A stretch of DNA of 41,340 nt, from assembly GCA_947628325.1 (NCBI GenBank), contig CANQZL010000001.1, positions 1 to 41,340 on the forward strand, in the 5' to 3' direction. This document shows, piece after piece, positions 35,094-41,340 of this stretch (the stretch's first letter is position 1; each line of letters opens with the position of its first letter). The stretch comes from an uncultured Bacilli bacterium. Lineage in GTDB: Bacteria > Bacillota_I > Bacilli_A > RF39 > UBA660. The translations under genes were made by a program, and so were the position numbers. Below the pieces are notes generated by a model. The model ran no database searches. It saw nothing but the letters and a program-made list of their open reading frames with translations, and had not been told where the DNA came from.

Positions 35094-35591
35094 ATGGAAG
35101 AATATATAAAGTTAAAAAAAAGAAATACATTAAGAGTTGGCATTATGGATGAAGAAGGTAATGTCAAATTAGATCATAACGGGAAAGAAGTTTATATTGA
35201 ATTCGATTTAGAAGATATAAATCTCCCAGATAACTACAGTAAATGCGATGCATTAATAAAAAAATCTTCAAATACGTTAAAAATGAAAACTATAGCAATT
35301 AATAAAAGAGAAGATGTTAAAGGAAAAGGAATAATGTCCAAAAATGAAGAAGACATTCAGAAGGCTTTAAAAGATTATTATAAATCTGTAGAAACTGCTA
35401 TGGATATGTTTTTAGGTTTAGGTGCAACAAGAAAAATTTTTGGAAACAGACGTTATTTGACTATGTGGGATGATTTAAATGAATATTTGCAACCAATATT
35501 ACCAAAATTACAAATCAATTTTGAAAGTATTAGTGAGCAAATAAAAAAGAAATATGCCTCAAAGGAAGATAATGTATTAAGAAATGAATAG
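35094..35591 (+). CDS. tail assembly chaperone (gpG-like)
   Basis: 165 aa, the first of two ORFs before the tape measure gene. Confidence 0.6.
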   Translation: MEEYIKLKKRNTLRVGIMDEEGNVKLDHNGKEVYIEFDLEDINLPDNYSKCDALIKKSSNTLKMKTIAINKREDVKGKGIMSKNEEDIQKALKDYYKSVETAMDMFLGLGATRKIFGNRRYLTMWDDLNEYLQPILPKLQINFESISEQIKKKYASKEDNVLRNE

Positions 35592-36150
35592 TTATCCAGA
35601 GTTTATTGAATTAAAATCTAAAACAAGATATAAGATAAACACTAGTTATAAGAATGCTTTAAAATGTGATGATGTATATAAAGATGATAGCATTGGTGAA
35701 TATGAAAAAAATCTTGCAATCATTTATATTTTATTGGGAGAAGAAGCATTAAAAGATAGGAAAAATTATCCAGAAATAATTGAATTAATTTCAAAATATT
35801 TAAATCGTGGAAATGAAGTTACGAGAGATGATTTTTCTATTCCATCAATGGATTTTGTACAAGACGACGGATATATTAATGCGTCTTTTATGTCAGATTA
35901 TGGTATAGATTTGAAACAAACTGATATGCATTGGTATAAATTTTTTGATTACTTGCAAGGTTTAACAGAAAATAGTGTTTTAAATCGTGTTCGCTCTATT
36001 AGAGAAGAACCATTATCAGGCAAAAAAGGTAAAGAACTTTCTAGATGGACAGAATTAAAAAAACAAGTTGAATTAAAGATGAAAAAAACTAAAGAAGAAA
36101 GAGAACTAGATAAATTTTGGGAGGAGGAATTTAACTTTAAAAAGAGGTGA
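35584..36150 (+). CDS. tail assembly chaperone partner (gpT-like position), own ATG
   Basis: 188 aa. It overlaps the upstream ORF by 8 nt and is in the +1 frame relative to it. Confidence 0.55.
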   Translation: MNSYPEFIELKSKTRYKINTSYKNALKCDDVYKDDSIGEYEKNLAIIYILLGEEALKDRKNYPEIIELISKYLNRGNEVTRDDFSIPSMDFVQDDGYINASFMSDYGIDLKQTDMHWYKFFDYLQGLTENSVLNRVRSIREEPLSGKKGKELSRWTELKKQVELKMKKTKEERELDKFWEEEFNFKKR

Positions 36151-36157
36151 TACTTAA

Positions 36158-38476
36158 GTGGATGGTTACCTAAGAATTAAAACAAAATTAGATTCAACTG
36201 AATTAACAAAAAAATTAAATGAAGCAAAAAAAGAATTATCAAAATTCAAAAGCGACGCAGAAAAGTTAAATAATAAAAAGCTCTCAATAGAAGCAAAATT
36301 AAATTTAGATGATGCTGAATATAGACAAAAATTAAAAGAAATAAACCAAAAGAAAGAAATTGAAATAAAAACAAAGTCTATTAATGGTCGAATTGATGAT
36401 TCAACTTTATCTAAAATAAATTCTAAATACGATTTACAAATTAGTTCTTTAGGCAGCAAAATGGAAATGTCCATAATGAAAGCTGATGATGAATTAAAAA
36501 GAATAGAAGATCAAATTAGTAAAAATAATGAAAAACAAAAAGCACTAAATTCTTCTATTGATGAAATGAATAAAAAATTAGCTAATAGTAAAGGCAATAA
36601 AGAACTAACAGAGAATATAAACAATTTAGGTTCTTCAATATCACAAACTATAAAAAAAGTGGCCAAGTTAACCTTAACATTATTTGGTATTAGAAGTGCT
36701 TATAATGCTATAAGAAGTGCAGCTAGTATATTATCACAATATAATTCACAAATTGGTATCGATTTAGAATATATAAAATTTGCATTAGCTTCAACACTTC
36801 AATCTATTCTCGAACGACTGATTAGTTTAGTCTATAAATTTTTATCATACGTAAATTATTTATCTAAATCATGGTTTGGAATAAATTTGTTTGCAAATGC
36901 AACAGTAGATAATTTTAATAAATTAGATAAATCAGCTAAAAATACGAAGAAAACATTGAGTACTTTTGGCTTTGATGAATTAAATATACTTCAAGATAAC
37001 AGTTCAACTTCTGGAGAAAGTGAAATAAAAACTCCAAGTTTTGATTTGTCAAAGGGAGTAGAAGAAATAGAGCCTCCAGAATGGTTAAAAGGAATCGAAA
37101 ATATCGGCAAATGGATAATTGATCATCATAAGGAAATTATTACGGCCATTGCTTTAGTAGGTGCTGCTTTATTAGGAATTAAATTAGTTAATTGGATTTC
37201 CGATTCAAAAAAAGTTAAAAATGGTACAGTTGACTTAACAAATGGTTTTAATAGCTTTTTCTCAGCTCTAGGTAAAGGATTAGAATCATTAGCAATTCTA
37301 GCTGGTGTAGCATTAGTTATTCATGAAATATGTGATTTAATAGAAGTTTTTTCTAATAGTGGGTTATCCTTAGGAGAAGTTGCTGGTTTATTAGGAATCG
37401 TTTTAGGTGAGTTAGCAGTTGCTTTTGTTGCACTTGCAGCTTCAACAAAATTAATGGATTGGACATCAATTGCTGGGGCAGCTGTAATTCTAGGAGGAAT
37501 GGCAGTTGTCTTACATGAAGTCACAGATTTAATAAAAACTATGGCCAATGGTGAAATTAAGGTAAATGATGTTACAGAACTAATGGTTGATATTTTAGGG
37601 GTTTTATTAGCATTAATTGGATCATTAACTTTAGCAGCTCAACTTATGCAATCTCCTATGGCCATGGCTGGTTTAGCTGTTTTGGTTGCTGGTATTAGTG
37701 CTACTTTATTAGTTTTAGCAGCAACTTTACCGACAATATTAGATGCGTGTGGTAAATTCATTAATAATGTAGCTCCAACAATTCAAAAATTGTTAACAGC
37801 AATAGGTAAAATAATTGAAAATATAATTGAACAGTTAGGCAAAACATTACCACCAATTATAGAATCTACTGGGCAATTATTTACTTCTATTTTTAATGGT
37901 ATATCAAAAGTCATAGAAACTGTAGGTAATAGCCTAGTAAAAATATTAAATTCTATAGGAAATTTAGTTGATAATGTTTTAGGATCAACGCTTAATTTTA
38001 TTAGAGAATTAGGTCCTGCGACAGAAGTATTTGTCGATTCGGCGATTCGTTCTGTTACAAAACTTATTAACTTTATGATTAGTGGAATAGAATATTTGGT
38101 AAATTTATTAGTCATTGATGGTATAAATTCAATCATTAATGCTGTTAATTCGATAGGAACGTATGTTGGTTTTACGATTCCAAATGTTAAAGAATTTACC
38201 ATTAGAAGATTCACTCCAACGTATATGGCTGGTGGGGGTATCATAAATTTGCCTGGTAAGGGTGTACCATTAGCTTCTGATGTCAGAGGTGGCGAGGCAG
38301 GAGCTGAAGGTGTATTGCCGTTAGAAGATTATTCGACTATGGAAAGATTAGGAGAAGAAATAGGAAAACATGTAACTATTGATTTAAATCTCACAAACGA
38401 GATGGATGGACGAATTTTAAATAGAATATTAGAAAAAATAAAAGCAAATAATAGATTTGCTAGAAATGGAGCTTGA
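36158..38476 (+). CDS. tail tape measure protein
   Basis: 772 aa with an N-terminal coiled coil and a long Gly/Ala/Leu-rich hydrophobic central region. GTG start with an AAGAGGTG RBS. Confidence 0.88.
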   Translation: MDGYLRIKTKLDSTELTKKLNEAKKELSKFKSDAEKLNNKKLSIEAKLNLDDAEYRQKLKEINQKKEIEIKTKSINGRIDDSTLSKINSKYDLQISSLGSKMEMSIMKADDELKRIEDQISKNNEKQKALNSSIDEMNKKLANSKGNKELTENINNLGSSISQTIKKVAKLTLTLFGIRSAYNAIRSAASILSQYNSQIGIDLEYIKFALASTLQSILERLISLVYKFLSYVNYLSKSWFGINLFANATVDNFNKLDKSAKNTKKTLSTFGFDELNILQDNSSTSGESEIKTPSFDLSKGVEEIEPPEWLKGIENIGKWIIDHHKEIITAIALVGAALLGIKLVNWISDSKKVKNGTVDLTNGFNSFFSALGKGLESLAILAGVALVIHEICDLIEVFSNSGLSLGEVAGLLGIVLGELAVAFVALAASTKLMDWTSIAGAAVILGGMAVVLHEVTDLIKTMANGEIKVNDVTELMVDILGVLLALIGSLTLAAQLMQSPMAMAGLAVLVAGISATLLVLAATLPTILDACGKFINNVAPTIQKLLTAIGKIIENIIEQLGKTLPPIIESTGQLFTSIFNGISKVIETVGNSLVKILNSIGNLVDNVLGSTLNFIRELGPATEVFVDSAIRSVTKLINFMISGIEYLVNLLVIDGINSIINAVNSIGTYVGFTIPNVKEFTIRRFTPTYMAGGGIINLPGKGVPLASDVRGGEAGAEGVLPLEDYSTMERLGEEIGKHVTIDLNLTNEMDGRILNRILEKIKANNRFARNGA

Positions 38477-38477
38477 T

Positions 38478-38840
38478 ATGGAAAAAAACTTATATTTATT
38501 ACCGAGAGTTCTTAAAATAGCACATACTATTGAGCCAACATGGGCGAAAGATGCTGGTCGTAACTCAAATAGTGGAAAGTTTTCAGGCACATTTGTTGGG
38601 TGGTTCGATACTATAAAAGTCAATGTTGGAAGAACAAATCAAAGAGAACTAACAGCAATTAGAAATGAAATAGAAAAACCTATAATAGAAAACGTCATAT
38701 TTACGGATTCTAAAACTGGTAAAGAAAAAAAAGCTGATTTCTATGGAACAGCTATCACTGGAGAAACAGATAATATAAGAGGCATATATAAGCCTTTTTC
38801 TTTTTCCTTAAAAGCTGTGGAAGGAAGAAGTGATATGTGA
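38478..38840 (+). CDS. small tail component (distal-tail position)
   Basis: 120 aa counted from ATG 38478, which lies 1 nt after the TMP stop. The track start at 38457 overlaps the TMP gene. Confidence 0.55.
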   Translation: MEKNLYLLPRVLKIAHTIEPTWAKDAGRNSNSGKFSGTFVGWFDTIKVNVGRTNQRELTAIRNEIEKPIIENVIFTDSKTGKEKKADFYGTAITGETDNIRGIYKPFSFSLKAVEGRSDM

Positions 38841-41340
38841 TGTCTCAATACAATACTTTAATGCAAAAAGCTGGTAAAAGAATTAATCAAAAAATCTATT
38901 ATTTTTTAGGCGAAAAAAAGGTGGAGCTAACTAAAGATCAAATAAAGAGAGCAAAACCTTTTTTTTCAGTTTCTTTAACTGGTACAACATTAAAATGTCT
39001 AGAATTTGAAATATCAGATATACTATCGGTTGAATTTGTTTATTTCGAAAATACGGTTTCATATGGTGAACAGAGTGCAACAAAAAATTACGGAAGATAT
39101 AAAATAATTAAAAAAGAATATAATGCAGATTTAAAGACTTATACATATACTGCATGTAGTAATTTTATTAATGCAATGATTGATTATGAACCTATAAAAA
39201 TCGAATATCCTACCACTATCTTAAATTTTTTCAAACAGCTTTGTATAGAGTGTGGTTATGAAACAAATATAGCATCTCTTCCTAATGGAGATAAAATATT
39301 AAATAATGATATCTATGAAAATATTGGATTTACATATAGAGATGTTTATGATGATATTGGCCAAGCAACAGCTTCTCTTTTTAATGAAAATAATAATGTT
39401 GTAGAAAGATGTTTAATTGGTAAAGAAGAAGTAATACTTGATGATGACATATTGAAAAATCAAAATATAACATTAGGTGAACATTTTGGCCCTATCAATT
39501 CAATAATTTTAAGTAGAAGTGGTGATAGTGATAAGATCTATAAACGAGATGAATCTTTAACAAGTTGGAATGAATTTGAAATTAAAGATAATCAGTTGAT
39601 GAATGATAACAATCGAGATGAATTTCTCGAAGAATTATACAATGCTCTTTATGGTATTGAATTTGATTTGTATGATTTGGAATTAGTTGGCTTCGGTGGG
39701 TTTGAACCTTTACAAAAAATAAAAATTGTCACAGACGGCAAAGAATTTTCGTCTTATATTTTTAGTAACGAAGAAGAATATACTCAAGGATATAAAGAAG
39801 TTATATATAATGAGTTGCCTAGTGAAAGTAATACAGATTATTCAGCTGCTGATAAAACTGATAAAAAAGTAAACCAAGCATATATAATTGTTAAAAAACA
39901 AGAAAAGAAAATTGAAGCATTAACTAGTGAAGTTACTGAGACTTCAGAAAAAGTAACTAAAGTAGAACAAAGCTTCGAAGGATTAAAAAGTAGTGTAACT
40001 AACGTTGAAAAAGGATTGGCCGATACAAACACTAATTTGCAAAATACTGATAAAAAAGTTAAAGGACTAGAAGATAACTTAAACGGGTTAAGTACTAATT
40101 TTAATAATTTTAAAGATAATGAATATCTAAAATCAATTAAAAATTTACAGGACCAAATTGATGGAGCTATTCAGTTCTGGAAAGGTAATGTAGTACCAAC
40201 ATTGAACAATTATCCTGCTTCTGATTGGGAAACTACTCAAGATAGAGATAATCATTTGGGTGATATTTATTATCACTATAGCGTAGATGAAAAAGGTAAT
40301 ACAATTGCTTTAAATGGCTATAGATTTGATAATGTTGATGGCAAATACCAATGGATATTACTATCTGATACTGAGTTAGCAGCTGTTCAAAAGTTAGCCG
40401 ATGAAGCATTGAATAAAGCCACCGAAAATGAAAAAAATATCGGCGTATTAAATCAAAAGACTTCCGAATTAAGTCAAAGTGATGAAGAGATAAAAGCAAG
40501 TGTTGAGTTACTTGACAATCAGTATAAAAAAGATATGACACTTGAGAATACAGTTTATGGTAATCCTGCTTACATTGAAAATGCAAGTGATAACGCATTA
40601 GTTGAAAATGTGATTTATGGAGCTAGTAAACAAGATATAAGTGAGCAAAAAGACGGAGATAACATATTTGATTTTACTCCTTTTTTTAAAAACAAAGGAG
40701 AATACAAACTATATAGTCGTGTTGCCATTTTAGAAGACAGCATCGAAATAACAGCTGCCACTGGTGAGCAGACAACTTTAGCACCACCATACAACGAGCA
40801 AAATACAACACCTGAAAACGTTGAACTTTTTAAAAAATTAAGATTTAAAGTAGAAGAGAATACAGATTATACTTTTTCTTATGACAATCAAAACGAAATA
40901 ATGACACAGTGCTACACTTTTTGGTATGACAAAGATTTTAATTTTTTATCTTATACTTCATCAAAGCCTGATAAAAATTCTCGTCACATTCATAAGACAA
41001 CTTCACCTGCATTAGCAAAATATGTTTGTTTTAGATGGGATAATGAAGCTAAAGATAGTACAAGTATTTTAAAAATAACAAATATTGCTTTTAAAAAAGG
41101 TAGTGATAGTACATATAGTGAATTTGTAGCAAATAAGCCTAGTCCAGAATATCCTAGTGAGATTAATAATGTTGAAGGTATTGAAAATATATTAGATATA
41201 CCTAATACAGAAGAAAAAACAAAACAAGCAATAACATTTAGTTACGATAAAAATACTCAAATTTTAAAATTAAATGGAACTGGAAATACTACGAGTGCAT
41301 TTAACATAATAACTTTAGAAGATTTTAAACTTGATGAAGA
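38840..41340 (+). CDS. tail-tip / host-recognition structural protein (Tal-like N-terminus, coiled coil, C-terminal beta-rich part), 3' truncated
   Basis: Hand translation from ATG 38840 (a TGATG overlap). MSQYNTLMQKAGKRINQKIYYFLG... was stop-free in every segment checked, to the window end. It is absent from the track because it has no stop. Two antisense track ORFs are its shadows. Confidence 0.8.
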   Translation, partial: MSQYNTLMQKAGKRINQKIYYFLGEKKVELTKDQIKRAKPFFSVSLTGTTLKCLEFEISDILSVEFVYFENTVSYGEQSATKNYGRYKIIKKEYNADLKTYTYTACSNFINAMIDYEPIKIEYPTTILNFFKQLCIECGYETNIASLPNGDKILNNDIYENIGFTYRDVYDDIGQATASLFNENNNVVERCLIGKEEVILDDDILKNQNITLGEHFGPINSIILSRSGDSDKIYKRDESLTSWNEFEIKDNQLMNDNNRDEFLEELYNALYGIEFDLYDLELVGFGGFEPLQKIKIVTDGKEFSSYIFSNEEEYTQGYKEVIYNELPSESNTDYSAADKTDKKVNQAYIIVKKQEKKIEALTSEVTETSEKVTKVEQSFEGLKSSVTNVEKGLADTNTNLQNTDKKVKGLEDNLNGLSTNFNNFKDNEYLKSIKNLQDQIDGAIQFWKGNVVPTLNNYPASDWETTQDRDNHLGDIYYHYSVDEKGNTIALNGYRFDNVDGKYQWILLSDTELAAVQKLADEALNKATENEKNIGVLNQKTSELSQSDEEIKASVELLDNQYKKDMTLENTVYGNPAYIENASDNALVENVIYGASKQDISEQKDGDNIFDFTPFFKNKGEYKLYSRVAILEDSIEITAATGEQTTLAPPYNEQNTTPENVELFKKLRFKVEENTDYTFSYDNQNEIMTQCYTFWYDKDFNFLSYTSSKPDKNSRHIHKTTSPALAKYVCFRWDNEAKDSTSILKITNIAFKKGSDSTYSEFVANKPSPEYPSEINNVEGIENILDIPNTEEKTKQAITFSYDKNTQILKLNGTGNTTSAFNIITLEDFKLDE

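Larger units (their letters stand above)
14096..41340. mobile_element. temperate siphovirus-type prophage inserted next to tRNA-Cys (left end present; right end beyond window)
   Basis: The integrase abuts the tRNA. It is followed by the lysogeny switch, early genes, TerS/TerL, portal, MuF, scaffold, capsid, connectors, tail, TMP and tail-tip genes in canonical order. Confidence 0.9.

Noticed and set aside
35578-35591. Canonical gpG/gpGT -1 programmed frameshift between the two tail chaperone ORFs.
   Set aside because: The second ORF is in the +1 frame, not the -1 frame. Its frame is closed by a TAA at 35578-35580, leaving only about 11 nt of overlap (GAAATGAATAG) with no slippery heptamer. 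It also has its own ATG. It is more likely two separate, translationally coupled proteins.
17081-40598. Many minus-strand track ORFs inside the prophage: 17081-17275, 18674-18856, 18968-19243, 19203-19385, 20456-20809, 22473-22703, 22944-23159, 24602-24835, 25364-25663, 26743-27054, 27281-27484, 27444-27686, 30726-30914, 31345-31539, 31464-31679, 36166-36474, 37321-37548, 37783-38244, 38429-38623, 39838-40032, 40233-40598.
   Set aside because: All lie antisense to longer plus-strand genes that have RBSs and recognisable functions. They lack RBSs and have low-complexity, Leu/Ile/Phe/Ser-rich compositions typical of shadow ORFs in AT-rich DNA.

Overview
AT-rich Firmicutes-type chromosomal segment read with the standard bacterial code (TGA ends several long ORFs, Trp is TGG). 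Positions 1-14.1 kb are host DNA: dxs, purA, a Zn-dependent dehydrogenase, tRNA-Thr(CGT), deoD, a co-directional block of six uncharacterised membrane, LysM and PH-domain proteins, and tRNA-Cys(GCA). From just after tRNA-Cys (about 14.1 kb) to the window end lies the left ~27 kb of a siphovirus-type temperate prophage; its right end and attR are outside the window. Gene order is: integrase, a TPR cargo gene, a CI-like XRE/S24 repressor, a divergent Cro-like switch with three GTAC-N7-GTAC operators, many small early genes, DUF6291-like and G39P-like replication-associated genes, a second tyrosine recombinase, an HD hydrolase, a putative late regulator, TerS/TerL, an SPP1-type portal, a MuF/gp7 protein with an extra C-terminal domain, an ImmA/IrrE-like peptidase, scaffold, major capsid, connector genes, major tail, a chaperone pair, tape measure and tail-tip proteins. 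The last ORF runs off the window. The most notable observations are: (1) the major capsid gene appears to feed, by a 3' programmed +1 frameshift with a downstream stem-loop, into an ORF that has no start codon; (2) a MuF-effector-like cassette (extended MuF, a 63-aa ORF and an HEXXH peptidase) sits inside the head module; (3) a second recombinase plus a mini membrane ORF is flanked by 13-nt direct repeats; (4) a TPR gene is translationally coupled to the repressor; (5) there are several structured non-coding stretches and a 10-bp-phased repeat array upstream of terS. No rRNA, CRISPR array or transposase was seen. All functional calls rest on motif recognition by eye and on synteny; no database search was possible.
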